A stretch of 64,000 bases of DNA. It comes from Candidatus Parcubacteria bacterium. Its GTDB lineage: Bacteria; Patescibacteriota; Minisyncoccia; UBA6257; 2-01-FULL-56-20. Positions 47,890 through 57,207 of this stretch are shown here, one piece after another; the stretch's first letter is position 1, and each line of letters begins with the position of its first letter. The notes under the pieces were generated by a model that worked only from the letters and a program-made list of their open reading frames with translations, made no database searches and had not been told where the DNA came from. The position numbers and the translations under genes were made by a program. The stretch lies in NCBI GenBank assembly GCA_027450205.1, contig DAIDJL010000004.1, positions 204,413 through 268,412 on the forward strand. Direction: 5' to 3'.

Positions 47890-48369
47890 CTACTGCCCCG
47901 CCGGCGTGGAAGTTGATACCGACAGAAGCGTAACGGTAAAGTGCAGCGTTGCGTTCGGCGGGATCACCGTCCCCGCGCCCTGCGAACCATAACCAAGCGC
48001 CGGCGGAATCGTAAGCTCGCGGGTGCCGCCCACCTTCATGCCAAGAACGCCTTCGTCCCACCCCTTAATAACCTGACCCGCGCCAAGAAGAAAACCGAAT
48101 GGCGTCCGTCCCGGCTTTAACGAACTGTCGAATACCGTGCCGTTGTCCAGTGTGCCGGTATAGTTGACTGTCACATAATCGCCGACCGCCGCCGCCGTAC
48201 CTGTTCCCACTACATCGTCTTTAATAACCAATCCGTCCATATTATTTTGATTAGTTTGTGTTGGTTGTGTTGCCGACCGCTGTGTCACGCTATCCGCATA
48301 CCATGCCCCCACCCCGATGATCGCAGCCGCCACTACTACGTATACTGCAAGGAGAATGCCTTTTTTCAT
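47890..48369 (-). CDS. FKBP-type peptidyl-prolyl cis-trans isomerase (membrane-anchored)
   Basis: YTGTLDNGTVFDSS and GWDEGVLGMKVGGTRELTIPP are present. Confidence 0.85.
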   Translation of the reverse strand: MKKGILLAVYVVVAAAIIGVGAWYADSVTQRSATQPTQTNQNNMDGLVIKDDVVGTGTAAAVGDYVTVNYTGTLDNGTVFDSSLKPGRTPFGFLLGAGQVIKGWDEGVLGMKVGGTRELTIPPALGYGSQGAGTVIPPNATLHFTVTLLSVSTSTPAGQ

Positions 48370-48375
48370 GATAAT

Positions 48376-48720
48376 TTAAGAAATTTTTGCGCCCGGAGGA
48401 ACGTCGCTTGCCGGCAAAAGGAGTACCGGAACACCGTCCCCGCCATGCGCGGCGAGAAGCATTCCGTTGGACTCCATTCCCATCATCACCCGCGGATCAA
48501 GATTGGCGATGATCACCACGCTCTTTCCGATGATATCCTCCGGTGCATACGCCCTTGCGATCCCCGAAAGGATCTGCCGCAGTGCCGCCTCGCCGATATC
48601 GACCTGAAGCTTCAGCAGCTTTTCTGAACCCTCCACGCGTTCCGCGGAAACTATTTTTCCGACCCGCAGGTCGGACTGTTGGAATTCGTCGATGGTCATC
48701 GTCGGATTATATTCTAGCAC
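48376..48720 (-). CDS. tRNA-binding protein (CsaA/Trbp111-type OB-fold EMAP domain)
   Basis: DLRVGKIVSAERVEGSEKLLKLQVDIG is present. Confidence 0.8.
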   Translation of the reverse strand: MLEYNPTMTIDEFQQSDLRVGKIVSAERVEGSEKLLKLQVDIGEAALRQILSGIARAYAPEDIIGKSVVIIANLDPRVMMGMESNGMLLAAHGGDGVPVLLLPASDVPPGAKIS

Positions 48721-48735
48721 AAAAAAATAAAATCA

Positions 48736-51396
48736 TCATCCTATCACCTCGTGCTTCGCGCCGCCTTGCGCCATGTTCTTCCGGTGCTCTTCGGTGTCCA
48801 ATAAACCGCAATGTTTCCACTTTTTCTTGCTGCCGCACGGACACGGGTCGTTACGACCGATCTTTGCGCCGGGACCCGTCTCGCTCGCGGGAGCGGCAGC
48901 GGAAATATTCAGGTTGAAGTTCGCGCCGGCGGCGGCACTACCCGACGCCGCACCGCCGGCGGTTTGCGCTGCCAGTTTGAACATATTATTGAATATCCAT
49001 CCATTGAAATTCCCCCAGAAATCCTTGAACAACCTGCTTGCTTCGTGGCGATATTCCACGAGCGGATCACGCTGGGCATATGCGCGCAAACCCACGGATT
49101 CCTGCAGCGCATCAAGATCTTCAAGATTGGTCATCCATAACATATCCAGAATGCCGATGATCTGGTGCTTGGCGAGCGGATGATCGGCAACGGCGGCGCT
49201 CTTCTCTTTTATCGCAACGATAAAATCTTCGCCGGTCCGGAGCACGTCGGCATCCGCAACGATCCCCGCATCCTTGAACGCCTTGCGGGCCTCCTGTTCG
49301 GCAGCCTCCCGGTCGTTCTGCGAATCCTGGCCGAATCCCGGCGCAATGGCAGCGTTGAAATGCGCCGCTGCCGCGTCGGCGATGACATCTGCGAGCGCCA
49401 CTTTGTCCGTCATCTCCAAAAGTTCATTGCGGCGTTTGTAGATCGCGCCACGCTGCTTGTTCAATACGTCATCATACTCAAGGAGGTGCTTGCGCATATC
49501 GAAGTTAGCGCCTTCTACTTTTTCCTGCGCCTGTTCGACTGCTTTCGTGACCATGCCGAACTCGATCGGCTCGTTTTCCGGAAGATCGAACCGCTCCATG
49601 ATTCCCTTAATGCGATCGCCGCCGAAAATGCGCAGGAGGTCATCGTCGAGCGAAAGGAAGAATTGCGACGAACCGGGATCCCCCTGGCGTCCCGCGCGGC
49701 CGCGGAGCTGATTGTCAATGCGCCGCGCCTCGTGGCGGTCGGTGCCGATCACGTGAAGGCCGCCGAGGGCGCGGACCTTTTCCGCCTCCGCGGGATCCGG
49801 CGGATTGCCGCCGAGCAGGATATCCACGCCGCGCCCGGCGACGTTCGTCGCCACCGTAACGGCACCGGAATGCCCCGCCTGCGCGATGATCGCGCCTTCG
49901 CGCTCGTTGTTCTTCGCGTTCAGCACTTCGTGCCGGATCCCCGCCTGCGAGAGCGCCGCGGAGATGATCTCATTTTTTGCGATAGAGGTCGTACCAAGCA
50001 GCACCGGCTGGCCTTTCTTTTGCCGTTCTTTTACATCCGCCGCGATCGCGTTCAGTTTTGCGGTAAAGTTTTTATAGATGAGATCATTCAGATCTTTGCG
50101 CGCAAGCCCGCGGTTCGGCGGGATACTTTCTACCTCCAGGTTATACACCTTATAGAATTCCTCCGCCGAGGTCTGTGCCGTTCCCGTCATGCCGGAGATC
50201 TTCCTGTACATGCGGAAATAATTCTGCGTGGAGATCTTTGCGTACGTGCGCGACTCCTGCTGGACCACAACGCCCTCCTTGGCCTCGATCGCCTGGTGCA
50301 GCCCCGCCTGATAGCGCCGCCCGACAAGCAGCCGACCCGTGAACTCGTCGACTATGTATACCTGTCCGTCCTTTACGACATAATCCTTGTCGCGCTGAAA
50401 GAGCGCTTTTGCCTTGACGCTCTCTTCCATGTAATGCACCAGGCGGATATTTTCCGGCGCGTAGATATTCTGTACGCCGATCAGTTTTTCCACCTTCTCC
50501 ACGCCTGCGTCATGAATCGTGATGGTCTTCTTTTTTTCGTCAACCTCGTAATCCACATCCTTTTCCAGATTGCCCGCGATGCGTGCAAAAGCCTTATAAA
50601 ATTCGCTTGATTGGGCATCCGGCGCGGCAATGATAAGCGGCGTCCGGGCCTCATCTATCAATATGCTGTCCACCTCGTCAATGATGGCAAAATTATGCCC
50701 GCGCTGGACGCGGTCCTCGGGGCGGTAGACAAGATTGTCGCGAAGGTAGTCGAACCCGAATTCATGGTTCGTCCCGTAGGTGATATCCGCACGATACGCC
50801 TCCTGCCGGGAAACGGGACGAAGGAATTCCTGTTGAACCAAAAAGCTTCCGGTCGTCTCCACTTTTTTCTCTTCGGCCTCCTCCTCCGCTTTTGGGATCT
50901 CCCATTCGGGATCGTAAAGGAATGCCGCGCCGGGAACGATGGATCCGACGGTAAGTCCGAGTAGGCGGTAGATCTTCCCCATCCACACCGCGTCGCGGCG
51001 CGAAAGATATTCGTTGACGGTGATCACGTGCACGCCCGCGCCGGTAAGCGCGTTCAGATATGCCGGCGCGACGCCCGCGAGCGTCTTTCCTTCTCCGGTC
51101 ATCATCTCCGCGACCGCACCGCGGTGCAGGACGAGTCCGCCGAGCAACTGAACATCGAATGGGCGCTGTCCGAGCACGCGCCGCGCCGTCTCGCGCACGA
51201 GCGCAAACGCCTCGACGGCGACGCTATCCAACGATTCACCCGCCTTCACCCGCTCCTTCAACACCAGGCTTTTCGCGGTCAGATCGGCGTCGGAAAGTCC
51301 CTGGAGCATAGGTTCCAAAGCGTTGATCTCCCTTACATTTGCCTCAAGCGACGCAAGCGAGCGCCCTTGAAACATCTTTTTCAGTCCTTCAAGCAT
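48736..51396 (-). CDS. secA: Preprotein translocase ATPase SecA
   Basis: The DEAD-like motor (MTGEGKTL), the preprotein cross-linking domain and the C-terminal zinc finger CPCGSKKKWKHCG are present. Confidence 0.95.
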   Translation of the reverse strand: MLEGLKKMFQGRSLASLEANVREINALEPMLQGLSDADLTAKSLVLKERVKAGESLDSVAVEAFALVRETARRVLGQRPFDVQLLGGLVLHRGAVAEMMTGEGKTLAGVAPAYLNALTGAGVHVITVNEYLSRRDAVWMGKIYRLLGLTVGSIVPGAAFLYDPEWEIPKAEEEAEEKKVETTGSFLVQQEFLRPVSRQEAYRADITYGTNHEFGFDYLRDNLVYRPEDRVQRGHNFAIIDEVDSILIDEARTPLIIAAPDAQSSEFYKAFARIAGNLEKDVDYEVDEKKKTITIHDAGVEKVEKLIGVQNIYAPENIRLVHYMEESVKAKALFQRDKDYVVKDGQVYIVDEFTGRLLVGRRYQAGLHQAIEAKEGVVVQQESRTYAKISTQNYFRMYRKISGMTGTAQTSAEEFYKVYNLEVESIPPNRGLARKDLNDLIYKNFTAKLNAIAADVKERQKKGQPVLLGTTSIAKNEIISAALSQAGIRHEVLNAKNNEREGAIIAQAGHSGAVTVATNVAGRGVDILLGGNPPDPAEAEKVRALGGLHVIGTDRHEARRIDNQLRGRAGRQGDPGSSQFFLSLDDDLLRIFGGDRIKGIMERFDLPENEPIEFGMVTKAVEQAQEKVEGANFDMRKHLLEYDDVLNKQRGAIYKRRNELLEMTDKVALADVIADAAAAHFNAAIAPGFGQDSQNDREAAEQEARKAFKDAGIVADADVLRTGEDFIVAIKEKSAAVADHPLAKHQIIGILDMLWMTNLEDLDALQESVGLRAYAQRDPLVEYRHEASRLFKDFWGNFNGWIFNNMFKLAAQTAGGAASGSAAAGANFNLNISAAAPASETGPGAKIGRNDPCPCGSKKKWKHCGLLDTEEHRKNMAQGGAKHEVIG

Positions 51397-51440
51397 CTCA
51401 CCGATTATAGGCGATTGTGCGCATTTTTGCGAATTGCGCG
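51397..51440 (-). promoter_or_regulatory. Candidate secA promoter (TTCGCA, 18 nt spacer, TATAAT) with the -10 box only 7 nt from the ATG, implying a leaderless or near-leaderless mRNA
   Basis: Read on the minus strand as ...TTCGCAaaaatgcgcacaatcgccTATAATcggtgagATG. Confidence 0.35.
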
Positions 51441-51461
51441 ATGTGCGATATTAAAAATTTG

Positions 51462-51493
51462 GTCAAAAAAATACCCCGGCACCTGCCGGGGTA
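51462..51493 (-). terminator. Rho-independent terminator (ACCCCGGC-ACCT-GCCGGGGT followed by T7 on the minus strand)
   Basis: Read directly. It lies downstream of the small Lys-rich ORF. Confidence 0.5.
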
Positions 51494-51506
51494 TTTTCAG
51501 AAAAGA

Positions 51507-51581
51507 CTATGCGCGCTTCTTTGCGGTCTTCTTCTTCGCGCTCTTCTTTGCTACTTTCTTTGCTTTCTTTTTTGCTGCCAT
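51507..51581 (-). CDS. Tiny Lys-rich ORF (24 aa, MAAKKKAKKVAKKSAKKKTAKKRA) with its own terminator
   Basis: The ORF plus terminator sit between hpf and secA. There is no clear SD. Confidence 0.25.
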   Translation of the reverse strand: MAAKKKAKKVAKKSAKKKTAKKRA

Positions 51582-51721
51582 TGTAGTAATTGTTTTTAGT
51601 TTATCGGGTTGCGACCACTCCGATAATTTTTTCCCCGTAGGAAAAAATTTACTATAGATTTAGTATAGCAAAGTGATTTTTCGATTTTTATGATTTCTGT
51701 GGATAACTTTTTTTATTCTCT

Positions 51722-51751
51722 TGCATAAAAAACCCGCGCGGAAACGCGCGG
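51722..51751 (-). terminator. Rho-independent terminator for hpf (CCCGCGCG-GAAA-CGCGCGGG followed by a T-run on the minus strand)
   Basis: Read directly. Confidence 0.5.
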
Positions 51752-51760
51752 GGAATAAAA

Positions 51761-52096
51761 TTATTTTTCGCGCTCCTGCGGCCGCGCATTCTTTGTTTTG
51801 TATTTTTGTATCTCCATGTGCAATATGTTACGCGCTTCGTCGATCGCCCTGCGGATATCCGCTGCCGTCGCCTCTCCGCGCAATACCTTCCCCGGCAATG
51901 AAAGATCGGCGCATGCCATGAATACTTCTTCCCCTTTCCGGTGGTGTTGGCTCGTGCGGGAAACCTCCAAGTGCAACTCAACCGATCCATCCCGGTCGAA
52001 CGGCTCAATGAACTTTGCAAGGGGCATAAGCTTTTCCTCTATATATACCTCCAACGGCTCCGTCACTTCCAGCGTTTTTTTGGTGATTATTTTCAT
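51761..52096 (-). CDS. hpf: Ribosome hibernation promoting factor (HPF/RaiA family)
   Basis: MKIITKKTLEVTEPLEVYIEEKL...SVELHLEVS is present and it is adjacent to secA. The longer ORF from 52213 is unlikely. Confidence 0.8.
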   Translation of the reverse strand: MKIITKKTLEVTEPLEVYIEEKLMPLAKFIEPFDRDGSVELHLEVSRTSQHHRKGEEVFMACADLSLPGKVLRGEATAADIRRAIDEARNILHMEIQKYKTKNARPQEREK

Positions 52097-52103
52097 ATGA
52101 TTA

Positions 52104-53138
52104 TTATAACAATTGGACCTCTTCTTCGAGTGGAATGCGGAACTTCCGGCGTACCTCGGACTTTGCCAGGGTAATGAGACGGGCGACATCCACGGATCCG
52201 GCGTCAAGCACATTCACGATAAAGTTGGGGTGCTTTGGCGAGATCATCGCGCCGCCCGCGCTCACACCACGCAAACCGGATTCAGAGATCAGCTTCCCCG
52301 CCGAGATGACCGGGAACGGATCTGTCTTTACCGAGAACTGCGAACCTTTGAGTGCGAGCCCGAGGTCGCGGAGCGCTTTCTCATACCTGACACTCCCCTT
52401 CCTGCACACCGCGTGAAGCGGAACATTTTTGAATATGCTTCCGATGTTCGGATGCTCAAGCGGATGGTGCGCTTTGCGATATCGGATCCTCTCCTGTATT
52501 ACTTTTGTGATCTCTTTTTTATTTCCCTTCGCAAGCGCGAACGTCACCGATAGGACTATCTCCGCGCCGTTCTTCTTTTTAAAAATGCTATGGCGATAGG
52601 CAAATGCGCACTGCTTTGCCGTTCGCGTGACGACCTTCATTTTTTTGACGTCAAAGCTCCGCACCGATGCGACGGTATCCTTTACCTCCCCGCCAAAGCA
52701 ACCGGCGTTGCCGCGGATCGCGCCGCCGACGGTGCCCGGCAAGCCGCCGGCCCACTCAAGCCCGGCGAGCGACCGTGCCGCCGTACGCTTCAAAAGATCG
52801 GCCATCAACACTCCTGCACCGACCATGACGGTGCTCCCCTTCACGGTAATATCTTGGATAGCCGGACGGAGAACCAATCCGTCAAAACCATTGTCACCGA
52901 TCAAAAGGTTCGTTCCGCCGCCAAGAATAAATACTGGCAGCCGCCGTTTCTTTGCCTCTTTGACCGCCCATTGCACGTCTTTTTCGCTCTTGGCTTCAAA
53001 AAAAAAGCGGGCAGGCCCGCCGATCTTGTAATGACTGAACTTTGACAACGAAATATCCTCCTTAAATTTTGGCATATAGTAAAAAATATGTTTATCCGCG
53101 TGGCTCTGCTCCAGGCAAACAAAAACCGCTCCGCCCAA
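52104..53138 (-). CDS. murB: UDP-N-acetylenolpyruvoylglucosamine reductase
   Basis: An FAD-binding GGGTNLL and the MurB C-terminal domain are present. Confidence 0.9.
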   Translation of the reverse strand: MGGAVFVCLEQSHADKHIFYYMPKFKEDISLSKFSHYKIGGPARFFFEAKSEKDVQWAVKEAKKRRLPVFILGGGTNLLIGDNGFDGLVLRPAIQDITVKGSTVMVGAGVLMADLLKRTAARSLAGLEWAGGLPGTVGGAIRGNAGCFGGEVKDTVASVRSFDVKKMKVVTRTAKQCAFAYRHSIFKKKNGAEIVLSVTFALAKGNKKEITKVIQERIRYRKAHHPLEHPNIGSIFKNVPLHAVCRKGSVRYEKALRDLGLALKGSQFSVKTDPFPVISAGKLISESGLRGVSAGGAMISPKHPNFIVNVLDAGSVDVARLITLAKSEVRRKFRIPLEEEVQLL

Positions 53139-53349
53139 GACTCAAACAATGAGATCCGCTTAATGTGCTGGGCGGAGCGGCTGTGGTGACCTCCGGTTCT
53201 GTTTGTATTGAACGAGTGCTCAATCAGCCACTCCACGATAAGTATAGCAAGTATTGAAATTGAAGCAAAATAAGAATTCTCTTTATTCATAAGACCGCTC
53301 AATTTTTAGACGAGGAAAGGAATATCGACGAAACATAATTGAGCGGTCT

Positions 53350-53382
53350 AAAAAAACTAAAACCGCTCTTTCGAGCGGTTTT
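53350..53382 (-). terminator. Rho-independent terminator for gtrA-like gene (AAAACCGCTC-TTTC-GAGCGGTTTT followed by a T-run on the minus strand)
   Basis: Read directly. Confidence 0.45.
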
Positions 53383-53516
53383 AGCCAAACAGAATCGTGT
53401 GGGTTATGCCTCAATCGATATCGTCGCTGAGGTATACTCGCACCCATTCGAGAGCATTGTAGCATAACAACCGAAAAAACGCAACCGCCATCCGCAGGAT
53501 TGCCGTTCCTTTGGCG

Positions 53517-54140
53517 TTACACCACAACCGGCGCCTTCTTCTTGAACACGAAATATTTGTATCCGAGGAAGTTCCAGATGAACGTCACAAGGATGCCCGC
53601 GAGCGGGGCGACAATATCCACCCAGATCTTCGTCTCCGGCCCGATCGCCTTCACGAGCGTCGCGACGGCAACATTCGCCGCCCATCCGATGATGGCAATC
53701 GTGTAAAATCCCGTCACCTCGCCCACATTCACTTTATCCTTCGATCCGAACGTCCAATTCCGATTCCAGAAAAAGCTGTTCGTCGTGGCAAATAGGAACG
53801 AGATCGCCTTGAACACTGCAAAGAGCGCGGTCGAAATGACAGGACCGCCGAAAAAGAATGTTTCCAGATTAAAGACGCCGACATCAATGAAGCTGTTCAG
53901 CGTTCCCACCGCGGCGAATTGGCCGAACTGATAGAACGCTTTCCATACCTTTGCGATCATCGCACAAAGCCACAGCGCGAACGGCGCAAAAAGCGTGAAG
54001 AACATGAAGACACCGGCGCGCATCACGAGCGTGAGATGGACGCTCGTGATCGTGTTCGCGAGGATCGGCTGAATAAGCAGGCCGACGGCCGCACCAATGA
54101 CCAGGCTTGCAGTAAGATCTTTTTTTGTCATGGATGGCAA
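53517..54140 (-). CDS. GtrA-family polysaccharide-biosynthesis membrane protein
   Basis: It has 4 TM segments and the GtrA-like motif FGQFAAVGTLNSFIDVGVFNL. Confidence 0.65.
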   Translation of the reverse strand: MPSMTKKDLTASLVIGAAVGLLIQPILANTITSVHLTLVMRAGVFMFFTLFAPFALWLCAMIAKVWKAFYQFGQFAAVGTLNSFIDVGVFNLETFFFGGPVISTALFAVFKAISFLFATTNSFFWNRNWTFGSKDKVNVGEVTGFYTIAIIGWAANVAVATLVKAIGPETKIWVDIVAPLAGILVTFIWNFLGYKYFVFKKKAPVVV

Positions 54141-54147
54141 GAAATAC

Positions 54148-54906
54148 CTAGCGCAACGCGTACGTGATCGTCACGCTATCCGTCACGTCCTGCGTGCCAG
54201 GCTGGATATTCGGCGTGGAAACCGCTTGCGGTATCGCGAGCCCCGCGCCCGACGACATCGCATACATCGGCAGCGGCTGGGGTATATAGGTATTCTCCGA
54301 AAGCGTGACCACCTTGCCAAGCGACGCCCCTGCCTCGGATGCCATCTCCTGCGCTTTGACCTGCGCCTTGCTCATTGCATCCGCACGCGCAAGCGCGACG
54401 AAGTCATCGGGATTGTTAAACGTGAAGTTCACGCCCCCGATCTGATTCACGCCAAGCGGCGCGAGACCGCCAAGCACCGTCGCGACCTTCGAAAGATCGT
54501 GGATCTTGAGCGTTACCGTCTGTGTCAGCGTATAGCCGCTGATAAAGTTTCGCAGCGTATTTTTGTCATAGTTGTACGTCGGCTGAAGGTTGTACCCCGT
54601 CGTCGCAATGTCGCTCGTCGCGATATTCTGCGATGACACGAACTCCAATACCGCATTCATCTTATCCGTATTATTGGATGCGAGCGTCTGCGGATTCTGT
54701 CCCTGCGAGACCACCGAGAACGTTACTTCTGCCAGATCGGGCGTCGCTGTCGTTTTCCCTTCGGCCATTACCGTGATCGTTCTTGCGGGCGGTATCGACG
54801 ATGCCCATTGCACAAGTGCCGGCAATCCGACCCCCAATACCCCAATAATAAGCGCTGCAATAAGCGCATCCAAAAGTACCCAAAACCAAACCTTTGATTC
54901 ATTCAT
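54148..54906 (-). CDS. SIMPL/DUF541-domain protein (YggE-like, membrane-anchored)
   Basis: It has an N-terminal TM and a SIMPL-like beta-rich domain. Confidence 0.55.
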   Translation of the reverse strand: MNESKVWFWVLLDALIAALIIGVLGVGLPALVQWASSIPPARTITVMAEGKTTATPDLAEVTFSVVSQGQNPQTLASNNTDKMNAVLEFVSSQNIATSDIATTGYNLQPTYNYDKNTLRNFISGYTLTQTVTLKIHDLSKVATVLGGLAPLGVNQIGGVNFTFNNPDDFVALARADAMSKAQVKAQEMASEAGASLGKVVTLSENTYIPQPLPMYAMSSGAGLAIPQAVSTPNIQPGTQDVTDSVTITYALR

Positions 54907-54920
54907 TTTTATTTTTATGG

Positions 54921-55679
54921 TTATACCGAGTTTATTATTTTCCCGAACTCTTCGGCCTTTAAACTGGCACCTCCCACAAGCGCCCCATCTACCTCCTTCA
55001 ATTGTACATAATCGGCGGCGTTCTTGCTATTTACCGAACCGCCATAGAGAAATCGCACCGATATGCGCCGTGTTTTCTTTAAGGATGATTTAATGAATAC
55101 CGCCATATCACGCGTGTCTTCCGGCCTGTCATTTTTGCCCGTGCCGATCGCCCAGATCGGCTCGTAGGCGACAAAAAGCTGGCCGGTTTTAAGTGGAATA
55201 TTTTTAAGATCCTTAAGAAGCTGCTGCCCGACGAATTTTTTTGCGACTGCCGCGCCCTTCTCGCGCACCGAAAGTGATTCGCCGACGCACAGAATTATTT
55301 TTAGCCCGTCGCGCGCCGCGAGCGCGATCTTTTTATTGATGGTCCCATCGGTTTCCTTCTCGAACCGGCGCCGTTCCGAGTGTCCGACGATCGCATACTT
55401 CACGCCAAGCGAACGGAGCATCGCGGGACCAACCTCGCTTGTATATGCACCTTGCTCTTCCCAAAATACGTCCTGGCCGCCGACCGCGAGCCCTTTACGC
55501 CTGTCCGGCGTCAGACGCTTGAACTCCCGCGCGATCTCTTCCAGGTAGATGAACGGCGGACAGATCACCACCTCCGCGCCGTCCGGCCGCTCTTTCTTTG
55601 CCACCGCTTTAAAAAGTGCAAGCGCCTCCGCTTCCGTCTTTGGATGCTCTTTCCAATTGGCCGCGATCAATTTGCCCAT
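54921..55679 (-). CDS. tpiA: Triosephosphate isomerase
   Basis: AYEPIWAIGTGK, VGHSERR and YGGSV are present. Confidence 0.95.
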   Translation of the reverse strand: MGKLIAANWKEHPKTEAEALALFKAVAKKERPDGAEVVICPPFIYLEEIAREFKRLTPDRRKGLAVGGQDVFWEEQGAYTSEVGPAMLRSLGVKYAIVGHSERRRFEKETDGTINKKIALAARDGLKIILCVGESLSVREKGAAVAKKFVGQQLLKDLKNIPLKTGQLFVAYEPIWAIGTGKNDRPEDTRDMAVFIKSSLKKTRRISVRFLYGGSVNSKNAADYVQLKEVDGALVGGASLKAEEFGKIINSV

Positions 55680-55939
55680 ATGGCAATTCTAGCATAGAAT
55701 CTATCCGGTTCTTGATATCCCGGAAAGGAGCCTGTGAAATGACGCTTCAATGAAGACGCGGATATATTTGAGAGCAGGACGTCAGTGGAAGTGTTTCGGC
55801 TTGATCCGAACACTGAAAAAAAACATCGCCAAGCGCCTCGGATTGAAGATAGAAGACGTGATCGAACGCCGTGACCAACCTAACTGACCACGGCGCGTTT
55901 TTATCAGTACTCCACGGTGGACGGGTTTAGAACCATGAT

Positions 55940-56206
55940 ATGCTTATAAATATGATATACATCCAACTAATCGGGTATGTCGCCGGGGCACTCAATACCT
56001 TCTGCTTTCTCCCGCAAGTAATAAAAATATGGCACACGAAACAAACGCGAGATCTCTCATTGCCAATGTATATCGCGAATACAACGGGAACTATTCTGTG
56101 GTGTCTCTATGGTGTCTTGGTTGCCCAGCCACCTATTTGGATCGCTAATGGAGTCGCACTATTTTTAATAGGATCGATTCTTATTTTAAAGATCAAGCAC
56201 GGTTAA
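55940..56206 (+). CDS. SemiSWEET (PQ-loop/MtN3 family) sugar transporter, 3 TM
   Basis: The PQ motif FLPQVIKIW is present. The protein is ~85 aa. Confidence 0.8.
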   Translation: MLINMIYIQLIGYVAGALNTFCFLPQVIKIWHTKQTRDLSLPMYIANTTGTILWCLYGVLVAQPPIWIANGVALFLIGSILILKIKHG

Positions 56207-56228
56207 ATCCGGCAACACTCGACCCTGG

Positions 56229-56483
56229 TTAAGGATTCGCGTTTTCTTGGACGCCACCCTGAACTGGTTTGCTTATCAGCTCACTAGCCGCTTCAAAATG
56301 GTCCGGCATAACCCACAGATCGGTCGGTCCATTAATTTGTCCGAGGGCTCCCATCAAGCCGTCGCCGACTTCGTTAAATTGGAGAAAACATTTAATGCCG
56401 TTTGCATTAAGCAATCCTTCCATCGCCTCTGCTTCTTCTCTTGAGGGATATGTCGCAACGTATTTCAAATCATTGGTCGGCAT
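56229..56483 (-). CDS. Small DUF2007-like hypothetical protein
   Basis: There is a weak family resemblance only. Confidence 0.35.
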   Translation of the reverse strand: MPTNDLKYVATYPSREEAEAMEGLLNANGIKCFLQFNEVGDGLMGALGQINGPTDLWVMPDHFEAASELISKPVQGGVQENANP

Positions 56484-56540
56484 GTTCCAAGTATAGCAAA
56501 CTTCGTTGGTACTCCACGCTGGACGCGTTTAGAACTGCAT

Positions 56541-57005
56541 TTATGTCTTCAATGCCTCCAAGGCCTTCTTGGCATGAAATCTAACCCCTTCCGTAAGACC
56601 AAAGGTTGGATCATCTAACTCGTCTTTAGTGAACCATCGGATATCTTCGCTAATCTCTGTTTCTCCCTGATGAATGTCGGTGGTTGCCGTCGTGGCGAAG
56701 TAAATGAACGAAACATGTTCATGGGTATCATTGACCCAATGACGGTTTATGAATCGTGGCGGAAGAAGTTCTTTCCCCTTCTTAAAATCGCCGACCTCAA
56801 CAACATTTCCCGCGAGCGTAATATCCAGCCCGACTTCTTCCTTTGCTTCACGAATAGCGGCTTCCGTCGGATCCTCGCCAGGTTCGATATGGCCGCCAAC
56901 GCTCAACCAAATTTTATATTTATCGTGTTTGCGAAGCAGAACCTTATTTTCGTGGACGATAAAAACATCTGATACAAAATCTAATTTTTCATTAATGTGA
57001 GGCAT
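56541..57005 (-). CDS. NUDIX hydrolase
   Basis: The Nudix box GGHIEPGEDPTEAAIREAKEEVGL is present. Confidence 0.85.
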   Translation of the reverse strand: MPHINEKLDFVSDVFIVHENKVLLRKHDKYKIWLSVGGHIEPGEDPTEAAIREAKEEVGLDITLAGNVVEVGDFKKGKELLPPRFINRHWVNDTHEHVSFIYFATTATTDIHQGETEISEDIRWFTKDELDDPTFGLTEGVRFHAKKALEALKT

Positions 57006-57207
57006 GCCCTAACTATAGCAAATTTCGCGGTACACCTGGGCGGACGCCTTTCAAACGTTTGCGCGGGAGAGGGCGCTCCCGGATCCGGTGGCAGCAAAGG
57101 GACGGATCGGGCGATTATTGGCACTTAGAGGCAAATCGAGAACAAATATAAGTAGTTAAGTGCTTCTTCCCTTGAGTCGGTCTATTTTTAAGCGTATCAT
57201 TTATACT

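Noticed and set aside
49165-50610. 481-aa + strand ORF, plus many other 60-300-aa ORFs antisense to secA, the permeases, the surface protein and the zwf-gnd fusion (for example 16595..17542-, 13381..14025+, 30754..31590+)
   Set aside because: All lie opposite genes with unambiguous family motifs. Long antisense ORFs are expected in high-GC coding DNA, and none has recognisable motifs.
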